A stretch of DNA of 64,000 bases from Vicugna vicugna (Eukaryota), in assembly GCA_013265495.1 (NCBI GenBank), contig MU058059.1, forward strand, positions 496,001 through 560,000, in the 5' to 3' direction. Each line of letters starts with the position of its first letter. The stretch's first letter is position 1. Shown here piece by piece: positions 1 to 12,934 of this stretch. The notes beneath the pieces are model-generated. The model was not told the DNA's origin. It did no database searches and saw only the letters and a program-made list of their open reading frames with translations. The translations under genes were made by a program, and so were the position numbers.

Positions 1-461
1 GTTAAAGAGAAAACCGTACGTCCAAGATGGCATCACTTGTGCTAAAGCCAGTGAAGTCAGACCTAGATTTAACACCTGACCCCTCTGTACTTTCAGCCTT
101 CCCCAGGAAGGAGGTGAGGTCCTCTTAACAGGCCAGTGTGGAATGTTCTGGTCAGCACCAAGGATGTAATCTGTAACGTGGACCCGCTCCACTCCGTCCG
201 AAGGAAGAAGAGGTGATCTGCTTGGTGACAGAGTCTCATCCTTCCCCCAAACGGTGACCTGGCCTGAAACAATCCTTTCTTCTCTTTTGCTAATAGCTTC
301 CTCGCCTCCCCCCACCTCCTTCTGCCTATAAAAACCCTCCATTTCATACAAGCCCTTGTAACACCCCTCTATTTACTGGATTGGATGCCGCCTGATTCAT
401 GAATCCTCCAATACAGCCAGTTAGATCTTCAGATTCACTCAGTTACATTCTGTTCTTAACA
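1..461 (+). mobile_element. ERV-type solo LTR (first base probably cut off by the window edge)
   Basis: Inverted termini (t)GTTAA...TTAACA, TATAAAAA at 327, AATACA polyA-signal variant at about 409. No PBS or internal sequence follows. Confidence 0.75.
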
Positions 462-1590
462 GCTTGGCCAGCCAAACTGTCTGTAAGATCACCCCATGTA
501 ATTGATCGAAAACACTGGACTAAGCACTGTTTCCTGCAACTGGTTCGTGATTTACTCTGTGTGGCAAACGATTTTATTCATTGTTTCTATTTCATAAAAG
601 TATCTTTATTAATTTAAAAGCACAGATAACTTATTTTCTACTTTTTATCTACAAACAGCCTGATATGCCCCAGGAGAGCAAGAATTCAGAACAAAACAAA
701 AATCCTAAAACTTTAAGTACCAATCACAAGCTTCCTCATGCTTAACTGCAAAGTGCCCCATTTTTGAAAAGTTTATTTTGTACATTTCTGCTGAGATTCT
801 CTCTCACACCTGCTTGGCCCCAGCCCTTTTTACAATACCTGACCCTCCTATCCCGCCCGTCACTGAAAGCGACTAACCACCACTCCTTGCTCTGCCTACA
901 GGAGCTGATTTCCTTTCCTCTAGTTAAGGCCGTTACTTGCATCGCTGCCTGGAGGCCTTTATTCTTGCTTCTTCCTGTTTCTTACAACTCACGAATTTAA
1001 AAAAAGAAGATACTGATTTCATGATGATATTGCTTCCGGACAAAATGAATCATTTACCTTCCTAGGACATTTTAGAACATGGTTAGATTTGTAACAAAAT
1101 ACATTACACATCTGAATTGTTGAAAGTTTAGTTGGAGGAAAAAATAATCAGAGATGGTGAAATAAAACAAAACTAAAGTAAGAAATAATCCAACAACTGA
1201 TCTTAGAACTTTCAAGAATCCACTAGACTTTCCATAGCAATGAAATACTATTCAACCAAGGAAACACCAAATGGAAACATTTCTAAATTAAAAGAGATGC
1301 ACATACACATATGAAGAAAGTGATCACCAAGTGGTATCAAAATAGGAGTTCTTTGAAAATCGATGGAGTAATGCATGCTTTGTTAGAACTTCTCTAAAGC
1401 TGGTATTTAAAAAGCTTCCTGAATAATCTATGAGGTACACAAATATATAAAAGGGACGAAACTGTTAAAGAAAGGTGCCACGTATAGAATACATGAAGAA
1501 TTGCCTAGAAAACAAATTAGAAAAAACAGAAAACAAATTAGAAAAATAAATACAGAGTGTGCTAGCAGGACCATAAGTTAACCAAAATTC

Positions 1591-1622
<32 letters not shown>

Positions 1623-1624
1623 AT
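1591..1624. repeat. (TG)n microsatellite
   Basis: Seen directly; one TT interruption. Confidence 0.95.
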
Positions 1625-1814
1625 GTAAACACAAGCTTTGCATTAATTATCTGATGATTTAAGGAAAAGAGACAGACAATTTAATCTTTGATATTCATAT
1701 ATGAATAAAATGTACTTTTCATTATTTTAAGAGCCTTTCAGAATTTACTTCCTCAATAATAAATGTTAAACCATAGAAATTATGACAGTGGCTAAATCGA
1801 AGATCATCTTAAAG

Positions 1815-1892
1815 ATTTAGATTCTGGGTTCCCTATCCTGTGATTTGTACTCAGTAGTTCTGGGGTTGGCCACAGGAATCTGTATTTCTACT
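1815..1892. mobile_element. MER5A-like hAT-Charlie fragment
   Basis: agattctggg...actcagtagttctggggttggccacaggaatctgtatttcta resembles the MER5A core. Confidence 0.6.
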
Positions 1893-1904
1893 GAAAACCC
1901 TATG

Positions 1905-2600
1905 TGTATTCCATTGTCCGTATAATCCATACCATGTAATTTTATTTATACCATAGTTTATCAATTCATCTACTGAAGGACATCTGACTTGCTTCTAGGT
2001 TTGCTGATTACGAAAAAGTTTCTGCAAACACTGATGTGCAGACTTCTGTAGTTTTAAAATCAGCTGGTTAAATACCAAGGAACATGATTGCTGGGTTGTG
2101 TGAAGCTACGTTTAGCTTCATATGAAGCTGCTAAATTGTCTTCCAAAGTGGTTGTAGCAACCCTGCACCCTCCCCAGCTATGAATGAGTTTCTATTGCTC
2201 CACATCCTTAACAGCAATTCCTACTGTCAGCTTGCTTTGTTTTTTAATCCCTTTTTAGCCATTCTACTAAGTATGTTGTGATACATCACTATTGGTTTAA
2301 TTAACACTTTCCTAGTGACAAATGATGTTGAGCATCTTTCTGTGTATTTGACATCTGTGTATCTTGTCTGGAGAAGTGTCTTTTCAGATCTTTCACCTGA
2401 ATTCATTATTTTATTTTTTTGTTTTGTTTTCCTTTTGTTAACTTGTAAGAGTTCTTTGTCTGTTTTGGACTCAAGCCTTTTGTCAGGTATGTATTCTGTA
2501 ACTATTTTCTCCCAGTTGGTGGCTTATTTTTTGATTTCAGAAAAATACCTTTAGCAGAACAGAATTTCACATTTTAATAAGATCTCATTTATTGCTTTTC
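1905..2600 (-). mobile_element. Old L1M fragment (ORF2 3' end/3'UTR)
   Basis: Antisense L1 motifs: tttatcaattcatctactgaaggacatct, ttttagccattcta, aatgatgttgagcatctttc. Confidence 0.85.
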
Positions 2601-2682
2601 TTCCCTATAAAATAGCTTTATTCTTCACTGAAGGATAGAATGATTATGGAATAAATGATACTTTCAATTGATACAGTAACAG

Positions 2683-2736
2683 TCCTGGATTACATATATC
2701 TTTTAAGATCCCATCCAGCCCTGAAATTACCATTAA
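2683..2736 (+). mobile_element. MIR3/L3-type 3' tail
   Basis: ctggattacatatatcttttaagatcccatccagccctgaaatt resembles ggactagatgatctctaaggtcccttccagctct. Confidence 0.45.
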
Positions 2737-4105
2737 ATATATACATATCTAAACACTGATTATTTCCATAATGTTTTCTGCATTGTGTATACACAAATTT
2801 GTATACTTTATATTCTCCTGGTTTCCGCTGAATCTGTTTTATCTTAAAATATCCAAGTGTTTTTCTATCTCCTTTGTAGTTTTCACCCTTTAACTTGAAA
2901 ATATTTCTGTATCTACTACGTACCTTTTTGTCCTGATAGCCTAGCCCTTTGTCCGAGTCCACAGACCAGTGGTTATAACAGCAATCTTGGGAAACTTAAC
3001 TCAGCAAATACTTTTCTTCTATTGAATAGGTGGTTCTTAATACTTTTGTATTAACTAAAATTCTTCTAGCCGTGCATACAGATTGGTGTTCAGCAGCATG
3101 CTGACACAGCTAAGCTGATGTGGCCCCAACTCTAAATGTACTCCCCAAGCAGTGCTCAGGGATCCTGGAATTCAGACAGAAGGCAAGGATCTCAGATGTT
3201 TGCTGGCAAAAGTATTTTAACCACAGGGCCCCATTCTTGATTCAGGCAGGCAAGACTGTCCTCATGGCCTCCTTGTAATGCTGAAAAGATGACTTTGGCA
3301 ATTCCTTGTATGGCTCCACTGGTCCCTAGGCTCTAGATTTGAATCCTGAGATATCTGCAAGAGGTCGGGGCGCAGCCACCAGCAACCGACTCGGGATGAG
3401 CTGTTAGAGCCAGCCCTGAGTAAAGCTGTGAAATTTTCAACTTTCATCTCCATTCCTCCCCATCCTCACATTCTTCACTTTCTCTTCAAATATTCAGTTA
3501 AAATATGAGCTCTTACCTCTTCCTAACCAAAGTTCATTTTAAGAGACTTGATGCACTCTGAATTATAAACAATAACTAACAGGTGAGAATACTGTGTCCT
3601 TTTTAGGATGATTTAGGTTTTAATAAAGATTCACACTATAAACCAAAAAGCGAAGCTTCTGCTATAGTTTCACGGCGGTTAGAGGTCTTTTCGACGTCTT
3701 GAAAATTCCTCCCACACAAAGTTGCCCGTCCTGTCTTAAGCCAGTTGTGTTTAAGAGTAAACTTTCACAGCAGTAAATTGTTAAGTAAGAAATGTTTTCT
3801 CTTCTTGTATATCCTCATAAAGTAATATCCAACAGAAGAAAGAAGTCACAATATAACTATCACTATGGGTCTGAAAATGCTTTACTTACCTATACAATTA
3901 CAAGTATTTTATAGTAAAAAATCAACAATATGTGCATATTCAAATCAATTTATGTAAACTATTTTTCACTATACATTTTTTTCTGATTTTTAGGAGCTTG
4001 TTTATTAATAAGGAGCCTTAGAAAATCAGGTTTTTATCATTGGAAGTAGTACTTTAAAATCTTTAGCATTTCTAAAATGTATTCACAAAGTGCCCAAAGA
4101 AAGAT

Positions 4106-4246
4106 GGGGGAGGGTATAGCTCAGTGGTAGAGTAAGTGTCTCCCATGCACAAGGTCCTGGGTTCAATCCCCAGTACCTTAAATAAACAAACAAACAAACG
4201 TAATGACCTCCTCTCCCAAAAAAACAAAAACAAAATTTTTTTTTAA
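4106..4246 (+). mobile_element. tRNA-derived SINE (camelid Vic-1-like)
   Basis: GGGGGAGGGTATAGCTCAGTGGTAGAG (A box) and GGTTCAATCCC (B box), then an A-rich tail. 19-bp TSD aaagt(g/c)cccaaagaaagat at 4087-4105 and 4247-4265. Confidence 0.92.
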
Positions 4247-4981
4247 AAAGTCCCCAAAGAAAGATAATTTTAACTCAGAACAAACTTAGACTGATTGTTT
4301 TTCTATTTTAATTCAAATAATTATTTATAATCCATGTATTACACTGTTTCCTTCTAAACATCAGCATTTGCATCACTCATAAAGCTTTTAGCTGTATATG
4401 TGTTCTACCTTACATTTGCTCACTCTATATTTTGTTACCTTTCATTAAAATGTGTGTATTTCAAATATTTTGTATCACTGCCATGTATTTAAAATGATCC
4501 CACTTGCCATAAGTAGAGCAATTATAAATGTAAATATGATTAAAACCAAGCTTTTATGTTAAAGAATATATAAGTAATGCTAAATCTAGTCAATTTGCAA
4601 AACTGCACAACCAAAGTTACGTTACTCAATGAGAAAAACGATAACGTTTTTGATTAGTCAGAGACAAAGGCACAACTGGCTTAGTATTAGGTAAAGAAGA
4701 GATTCCTGAATAAAATAATTTTGTTTTTTAAAGTTTATAAATTAACTAAAGAATCAAAACTTTGCATGTGGGATCAGAAAGAAAAATAAACAACTTATTT
4801 CTCTAAAATAGTTGGACACCAAGGGTTAATTCCTGAAAAGATACGTGACCTTTGTTAGATTTTTGTTTCAAATTGTCCTCTGGAGAAATCCACAGAATGA
4901 ATGAATCTAGTTCTATTAGTACTTTGCCCGCGCATGATAAGAAAAGGATTCATTATCCACTCACCAGAGCCTTCTGACTGA

Positions 4982-5197
4982 GTAGAGTTCGAGATTTGCA
5001 GATACGAATCACTATATATAAAACAGATAAGCAACAAATTCTTTCTGTATAGCACAAGGAACTACACTCAGTATCTTGTAGTAACTTCTAATGAAAAAGA
5101 ATATGAAAACACATACATGTATATGTAGAACTGAAACATTACGCTGTACATCAGAAATTGACACAACATTGTAAACTGAAGATACTTCAAAAAAAGA
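4982..5197 (+). mobile_element. Young L1 3'UTR tail, 5'-truncated (camelid-type)
   Basis: gagttcgagatttgcagatac...ctgtatagcacaaggaactac...cagaaattgacacaacattgtaaactga followed by polyA. Clearly homologous to copies at 45812 and 47499. Confidence 0.85.
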
Positions 5198-5391
5198 ACT
5201 TTTTTCAAATATTTCAAGTGCCTTTTTATAGCAATTCAAATGGTTTAGAGTGCAACTCCAAACAAGTTCATGAGCAGTTTAGACAACAGGACATCAGTTT
5301 GATCAGGGATGTATGCCTACTTCTAACTATGTGATGCTTCTGTTCTTTTTGACTCCATACTTAAGCACATGTAACTTGTAAGGAAGCTAAG

Positions 5392-5752
5392 GTGTCATTA
5401 GGAAGCTAACAATATTCTAGTTCTCATGATTCCTGGCCCATGGTAAGCTCGAATTTCACACCCTCTTGAAACCCGCCATGTGACATGCTTTCGTGAATGG
5501 AATGTCATGGTCACTTTTTGGTGGAAGATTTAAAAGCCAGCGCCCACTTCCTTATATTTCCTTGCCCCTGCCACTGGCAACTGGCAATGCTTCAATGGTC
5601 ACAGTCTGTCCCATCGGGTTCCAAAATGAAGGCCACCACTGTGGAACCAGGTTCTAGCCACACCGAGAAGGACACAGGCTCATGTTCTGCACGTCAAAAA
5701 TGGGGAACTGTTTATTGCCACAGCTTCATCTAACTCACGCTGACTAATACTC
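5392..5752 (+). mobile_element. MaLR LTR (MLT1I/J-like)
   Basis: gccatgtgac...gaatggaatg...atttaaaagccag core; ends ctgactaatac. Confidence 0.6.
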
Positions 5753-6789
5753 ACCCATTCGGAGTCTTCAGATGAGCAGTTATATGCACAAAATTAATTT
5801 TCAAATTCTTGCATATAAATCTTACTGATTAAATATCTCTTCCAGAGACAGTTAAGTTCTAATTACCCAATGAAACACTGTTGTGACTTGGTCAGAGTCA
5901 ACCTGATTCAGTCTGAAATAGCAGTTTTTTGGAAACATTCCCTATCTCTTCACAAATAGTCAAGAATTTGGAGGTCTATCCATAAGACAAATGAAAATTT
6001 CAACAGATGTTAAAATGCTTTTCCAAAATAATTGTGTACAACTAACGGGACAAAAACATTCCTTATGTGTTCCACACAGAATATAATTTGCTTCTGTTGG
6101 AACACCTTGAAAGCCTGAAACAGGTTTTCTTAGCCTAAGACCAAATATAACTTTAGTGTCAGTGCTTTACTCAATATGTCATGTTGAGTCTGTGTTACTA
6201 CTTGGGGTGGAGTTGTCAAATTATTTAGAAATCTCTAATTATAGCTATTTTCAATGGTTAAATGAAAAAAAAGTCTTCACGGAATTCTTGGTCCACTCAT
6301 ACTTGAAAGCCAGATGTTAAGGAATTGTATGCTGCCACACTTGAGGTGTAATCGTTTCTTTGGTTTCTGCCACGTCTAGAATATTAAAATAAACTTTACT
6401 TTTTGATGAAAGCACTTTATCGATTCTTGTATTCATTCTATGCCCAAACAGGATTTTCATCATTTTTAAATGGCAAAATTACTAAAGAACCTGCCAAAAC
6501 TTCAGCGTCTCTAGCCCTTGTGTTTAAATGGGACACTGAATGCGAGTACTCCAAAGCTTTTGCATTTGTCCCCATCACAAGAGACATTAATTATTGGGAT
6601 GCACCTGAATATCCTTACACTTAACTTCAACTATTTTGATAGATCCCCTTGGTATTCCTTGGGTACTTCAAAATTATGCTTGAGGTTGATTAGCTTAATG
6701 TGTGTCTTTAAATATATGATGAGAATGGAATAGAATAAATTACGTTGCTAGTTCATAAAAACAAGAAACATCAAATATACCTATATTTC

Positions 6790-8127
6790 ATTTTTTAAAA
6801 ATGCACTGAGGTATAGTAGATATATAACACTGCATAGTTTTAGGCATACTACATAATGAGTCAATGTTTGTATATATTGTGAAATGAACACAAGTAGTCT
6901 AGTTAACATCTGTCACCACAGTCATGAAGTTTTTTTCCTTGTGGTGAGGACTTTTAAGGTTTACTTTCTTAGTAACTCTAGTCATCGTGCGTGTACATTA
7001 TATCCCTGTGACTTATTTATTTTCTAACTGATGGCTGGACATTTTGACTCCCTTCACCTATTTTGTCCACCTCCTACCCTCTACCTCTGGTAACCACCAT
7101 CCAGTTATCTGTATCTCTGGCTTGATTTTGTTTGCTTTCAAAATTCTAAATACAAATGAGAACATATAGTATTTTAATTTGTCTGACTTATTTCACTTAG
7201 CACAATACTCTCAAGCTCCAACCATGTTGTCACAAATGGCAAGATTTCATTCTTTATGGCTGAATAGTATTCCACTGGATATACAGCCTATGTCTTCTTT
7301 ATCCATTGATCTAAGAATGGACACTTAGGTTGCTTCTATGTCTTGGATATTGTAAATAATACTGGAATAAACATGGGGGCACATATATCTTTTCAAGTTC
7401 GAGTTTTTGTTTTCTTCAGATAAATACCCAGAGGTGGAGTTGCTGGATCACATGGTAGTTTTATCCTTAATTTTTTCAGGATCTTCTGTACTGTTTTCCG
7501 TAGTAACTGTACCAATGTACACTCCCAACAACAGTGTATAAGAGTTCCCTTTATAGACTGGGATTTCAAAATTGTAGAATAGATAAACAAGATTACACTG
7601 TATAGCACAGGGAAATATACATAAAATGTTATGATAAATCACAGAGAAAAAAATGTGACAATGAGTGTGTATATGTCCATGAATGACTGAAAAATTGTGC
7701 GGAACACTGGAATTTGACACAACACTGTAAAATGATTATGAATCAATAAAAAATGTAAAAAAAAAAAAAGAGTTCCCTTTTCTCCACATCCTCATTAACA
7801 ACTTGTTACTGCCTGTTTGTTAATAGCCATTCTAACAGGTGTGAGGTAATACTTTGTGGTTTTCATTTGCATTTCTCTGGCAATTAGTGATGTTGAGCAA
7901 TGTCTCATGTACCTGTTAGCCATTTGTATCTCTTCTTCAGATCCTCTGCCCATTCTTAATTGGATTTTTTTTTGCTACTGAGTTATGTAAGTTCTTTGTA
8001 TATTTTGGAAGCTAAGCGCTCATCAGGTATATAATTTACAAATATTTTCTCCCATTTAATACATTGCTGTTTCATTTTGTTAATGATCTCCTTTGCTGTG
8101 CAGAACATTTTTAGTTTGATGTAGTCA
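6790..8127 (-). mobile_element. L1 (L1MA/L1_Art-like) 3' ~1.1 kb, interrupted by a younger L1 tail
   Basis: Antisense 3'UTR (tgtctgacttatttcacttagcacaata, ttgctggatcacatggtagtt). ORF 7393..7608 contains GTLIHCCWEC..., like the L1 ORF2 C-terminus. Confidence 0.9.
7553..7767 (+). mobile_element. Young L1 3' tail nested in an older L1
   Basis: Perfect 13-bp TSD aagagttcccttt at 7540-7552 and 7768-7780; AATAAA plus polyA. Near-identical to the copy at 38251. Confidence 0.92.
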
Positions 8128-8283
8128 ACTATTTTATATATTTTAACAACATTTTAAGGGTTTTTATAGATGACATTTATAAAATGGTAAGCAATTTATT
8201 TATGTAGTCAACTATTTTATATATTTTAATGACACTTTGAGGGTTTTGTAGATAGTATTTATAAAATGCTAAGTAACTTATTA
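8119..8283. repeat. Two-copy ~83 bp tandem duplication
   Basis: atgtagtcaactattttatatattttaa... starts at both 8119 and 8202; about 85% identical by eye. Confidence 0.9.
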
Positions 8284-9284
8284 CCTTAGTCTTCATAACT
8301 CTTTGAAGACATCTGACTGTATTGCTACCAGTACCATGACTCTCATTTCTATCATTCTCTCTTTGTGCTTTAAAAAAATTCTCTTTTAAACATCATTCAT
8401 CCATGACGGGATAACCAACAGCAAAATAAAAACCAAAACCCACCAAAAACCAATGGCAGGTCTTATTCCGCCATCATGTTGTGTGTTTATCTAGAATCAC
8501 CAAAACCAGAGACAAACATTTAGGGCAACTGAAATAGCACAATGTAGTATGAAATTATTTAACTATCTTTTCAAAGATTTTATAGTTATCGATCAATTGC
8601 TTTTTCCCCCTTTTTGTTTTATGTGCTACAGTCACTTCATATTCTGTTCAAAACAGAGAAGTTTCCTGCAAGCAATGTGATTTAAAAAAGTGGTTTAGAC
8701 AGACTGTCAAAGCTTTCTTTAAGAAAGCTCAGGGGCTCTCAATAAGCTGACGAGACAGTAAGGGACATCTACGGGTTAAGAACAGAGTGGAAAGTAGCAT
8801 GACAATAATTTATTTCTTACAAAGTAAATGCTTCTTTACACAGTTTTACAGAACAGGTATGAAATTGCCTAAAGCTCATTTATTCTGCTGTTTGAAGCAA
8901 AGTATCATTTTAAAGTAAGCTTTCTAGAAGACGGCAAATATGTCAGGTAACTGAAAATTAGTATTTGTAATATGTCTTCAAAACACATAATTAAGTTTTA
9001 CCAAAAGTGATTTTTTTTATAAATAGAGGTACAAAGTAAACTATAACTGTTGCAAAATACAACTCTTGTGTTGACTTCCGCTGACAATATTGACTACACA
9101 TCAAGCTACCTGATACATAAAATAAGAACTGTATTTTAACAGTATTTTTCCTAAAATCATTATTTATGACTCCACATTTAAATAGTTAAGATTTCGAATA
9201 ATTTTAATGTTTAAATATTTCTAACTTAAGTATTTTGCATAATCCTTTTCTCTTAAATGACAAAAATTTTTTCTGGGAGGCTTT

Positions 9285-9430
9285 GAAAAAAATTGAAGTA
9301 TAGTCAATTTACAAATGTGTTAATTTCTGATGTACAGCATTGTGAGTCTATTTTATATATATATTATATATATATTCCTTTTCATATTCCTTTTCATTAT
9401 AGGCTATTATAAGGCACTGATAGTTCTCTC
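9285..9430 (-). mobile_element. Short young L1 3' tail
   Basis: attgaagtatagtcaatttaca...tgtacagca (antisense L1 tail). TSD ctggga(g/t)gcttt at 9273-9284 and 9431-9442. Confidence 0.85.
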
Positions 9431-9507
9431 CTGGGATGCTTTTAATGCACAAAGAAGTAATCTGTTTCAGAACCTAGTCTACAGTTTGCAGCACTAACAG
9501 CTAGGGG

Positions 9508-9953
9508 TGTTGTGGGTTGAACTCTGTACTCTAAAAAGATACACTGAAGGTATAACTCCCGATGCCTGTGAATGTGACCTTATTTAGAAACAGGGTCTTT
9601 GCATATCTGATCAAATTGAGGTCCTACATAATTGCTGATATCCTTACAGGAAGAGAAGACAGAGACAGAGACACGGGCACACAGGGTACACACTGTACAC
9701 CATGTACAGGTGGAGGCAGCGACTGGAGCAATGTATCAACAAGCCAAGGGATGCCAAAGGTTACCAGAAACCATCAGAATCAAGGAGATAAAACAGGGAA
9801 CAAATTCTCCTTCAGAGCCCCTGAAGGAACCAAACTGACAGAGATCTTGATTGAGGAGTTCTATCGTCCCAAACTATGAGATAATACACTTTTGTTGCTT
9901 TAAGCCACCCACTTTGTAGTACTTTGTTATGGAAGCCCTAAGACACTGACACA
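9508..9953 (+). mobile_element. MaLR LTR (MLT1B/C-like), full length
   Basis: TGTTGTGGGTTGAA start, gtgaatgtgaccttattt, aagccaagggatgcc, tttaagccacccactttgtagtactttgttatgg...ACA end. Confidence 0.9.
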
Positions 9954-10815
9954 GATTTTGGTACCAGGAGCAGTGTGCTACTGTAAAAAAAAAATACCTA
10001 AAAATGGGGAGTGCTTTGTTTATCTATTAAAGTATAGTCAATTTACAACACTGTGTTAGTTTTTTGGTGTACAGTAAAATGATATATAAAGAAAGATATA
10101 TATTCTTTTTAATTACAGGTGATTACATGATGCTGAATATAGTTCCCTGTGCTACACAGGAGGATCTTGTTGTTTATTTTATATATATTGGTGTGTATCT
10201 GCTAATCCTAAACTAATTTATCCTTCCTGTCCCTCCCACTTTGGTAATCAAAAATTATTTTCTATGCCTGTTTTTCTTTGTCTGTTTCTGTTCTGTAAAT
10301 AAGCTCATTTGTGTCACATTTTAGATGCCACATGTAAGTGATATTATATATTTGTCTTTGTCTGACTTACTTGACCTAGTATGATAATCTCTAGGTCCAT
10401 CCATGTTGCTGCAAATGGCTTTATTTCATTCTTTTTTGACTGAGTAGTATTCCACTGTATACATATACATGTGCGTGCGTGCGTGTGTGTGTGTGTGTGT
10501 GTGTGTATGTACCACAGCTCCTTTATCCATTCATCTGTTGATGGACATTTAGGTTACTTTTGTATCTTGGCTATTGTAAATAGTGTTGCTATGAACACTG
10601 GGGTACATGTATCTTTTTGAATTAGCCTTTTCTCCAGTTATATGCACAGGACTGGGATTGCTGGGTCATATGGTAACTCTATTTTTAGTTTTTTAAGGAA
10701 CCTCCATATTTTTTTCCATAGTAGCTGCACCAAATTACATTCCCACCATCAGTGTAGGAGGGTATGGGGAAGCACTCTGGAACTGAATAATGAGTGGGGC
10801 TAGAAGAATTTTGGT
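9954..10815 (+). mobile_element. MLT1 internal 5' sequence, split by an L1 (pieces 9954-10017 and 10764-10815)
   Basis: gattttggtaccaggag...aatacctaaaaatgggga resumes as atggggaagcactctggaactgaataatgagtggggctagaagaattttg. Confidence 0.8.
10018..10763 (-). mobile_element. L1 3' fragment (artiodactyl/camelid-type) containing a (TGCG)n(TG)n microsatellite at about 10470-10508
   Basis: aagtatagtcaatttaca...ctgaatatagttccctgtgctac...ctctaggtccatccatgttgctgcaaatgg. Degenerate TSD atggggagtgcttt / atggggaagcactct. Confidence 0.9.
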
Positions 10816-12319
10816 ACCTAGCCTGTAACCTCAAGGAATAAAATTTAACTTAAAACAAAAGCTAATAGAATCAAGAGAAAGTTAGACATTATCCTTTTAG
10901 AATTGTGTGGGACTATGACAGCGGTGAGGAATATGCTTTACATTTAACTTTAAATTTAATCAAATTTCACAAAATATTAACTCCTACAACACATGATGCA
11001 CTCTGATTTGTCTATTCTTTTCTAGTTTCTCTGATGTCATAAAAGAGGGAGGACCATGACTGACCAAGCTGATTTCATGAATTAATACGGAAGGTAACGT
11101 GTATGGGAAATGCTGCCCCAGCACTGCCTAACTTTCTCACACTATTATCACGGAGGCAAAAGTAAGCCGCACTTAACTGCATACTAAAATGGTGTGTTCT
11201 CTTAAATTATGTTTATTCTTGTCTGCTACTCTTAATATTATAAACAGTCTTTTAGTAGGAAAATATTGAGATATATTCACTAATATGGTACATAAAGCAC
11301 AGTGCCTTCCATGAATAATCTGACATATGTTCACCTATTATTTTTACGCTCGTTATGTAAAGAGAACAGGGAAGTTTCCAATCTGCCCAAGTGGTTATGA
11401 ATAAATGTTATCATCTTGATAAAACTTCCCAATGTGGCAAAATACATAAGGCGGCAGATAGTCATGTGCTGATGCCATTTATTCTGGTACAGATTCAGCT
11501 CTTGTTTATCAGAGAGAGAGGGGATGAGAAAATCACCGAAATTAGAGAGAATTTGCGTGGACTTAAGCAAATAGTGATTGGCAGTGGTAGGACATCGGTG
11601 GTAATCTACTCGTTAGCCAGGGATGTTACCATGGACACCAGTGCAGTACAGAAAACCATGAGTGGGAGAAAAAATGAGAACCAAGAATAGTATCTTTACA
11701 TAAACTATGTATTTCTGAAAGATAATTATTTACTTGCAATTTTCTTACTGAGTTTTCCCTTTGTTTCAGTCTCTGATCATTTTAAATGTCAAAGTTCCGC
11801 CTAGTAGAAGCAGATAAATAAGAGACCTTGATGTAAGTATTATTAACTACTGTTCCCACTCTACTTCACTTTGGTCCTCTCTTTCTGTCAGTTTGTAAAA
11901 ATGTTTATAGAACGGAGGAGAAGACACATGGGCTTTCCTCTAGAATAGACAGTCTCATAAAACAGTACGCTCCTCTGATGTTGTGTAATGTTTGTTATGG
12001 TGGAGATACAAATACTGTAAACTTGCTTTTGAAGAAATATTTTCAACCAGTCATTGAGCTCTATTTTCAAATACTTCATTCATATATTTTCATTTATTTC
12101 ATAGATTAATAATGTCTAAAATGATATTGAGATTCTGAAATAAATGTGTATCATACATGTATAATGTCATGGTAGCCACAAATTTGCTACCGTATTCGGA
12201 AACACTGATGGGAACTTTTTCATGTTTTTGTTCTGGGCATGATGTATGTATACAATGAAAGCTAAGGCCATACAGCAGTGCCCCACAAAGAAAAAGTGGA
12301 ACATCGGTAGAACAGAAGA

Positions 12320-12845
12320 CGTATCAGTCAGGGTTCAGTGAGAGAAGAAGAAACCAGTAGGTGAGAGTGAGAGAGAGAAGGCGTGTATGCATGTGTGAAT
12401 TTCTCTCAGGGGACTGGCTTACACTATTGCGGGGGCTAACCGAGCAGTCTCTGCAAGACTGACGTCTCCTAATAAAACACTAGAACTTGAAGTTAACAGG
12501 GCAGTGGTCAAGAGGAGGACAGATGCGAATGGAGAAGACCAAAAGCAGGAGCGGACCCACCACCATGAGCTGGAAACCCACGTGGATGGGCTGACTCCAT
12601 GTCTTCTTGTCTCTGGCCTTGGTAATGAATGCATAAGTCATTCCTTTTGTCATGAAGCTAAAACCTGCAGCACAGGGGGCAAAAAGCAAAAGGAAGTTCC
12701 AGGAAAAGGTGGAACAACTGCAGGTTTAGCCACTGCCTCGCGCTGACGCGGTGAGTCAGCAGATCTGCAACAGCACTGTATCAACTGCAGTGTTGCTGCT
12801 TACTCTCTGCCTTCCAAACAGCACAAGGATATCCCCCGTGGCTTC
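12320..12845 (-). mobile_element. ERVL-class LTR (MLT2/LTR40/LTR41-like; subfamily uncertain)
   Basis: gtatcagtcagggttc is the reverse complement of the ERVL 3' end gaaccctgactgatac; ggactggcttacactattg follows. Confidence 0.6.
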
Positions 12846-12934
12846 CTCTTGGCCCTCAGTTGTCCTTTCCAGGTACGGTTAGAAGTTCCTCCTCTGTGTT
12901 CTCTTTAAAGCCCTTTATAAATCGTAACAATTGT

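Noticed and set aside
1021..1115. C/D box snoRNA (ATGATGA...CTGA)
   Set aside because: No terminal stem and no recognisable guide sequence; expected by chance.
1507..1546. Direct repeat agaaaacaaattagaaaaa x2 (similar pairs at 54072-54109 and 56388-56412)
   Set aside because: Two-copy slippage duplications, not an array or CRISPR-like structure.
3517..3557. Minus-strand exon-like segment with GAG|gtaaga donor
   Set aside because: Stops in all three frames and no supporting context.
3765..3870. Transmembrane-like peptide PIVIVIL*LLSSVGYYFMRIYKKRK on the minus strand
   Set aside because: In-frame stop and no recognisable family; T-rich DNA yields hydrophobic translations by chance.
4106..4178. 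tRNA gene (A and B boxes present)
   Set aside because: No full cloverleaf; it has an A-rich tail and a 19-bp TSD, so it is a SINE.
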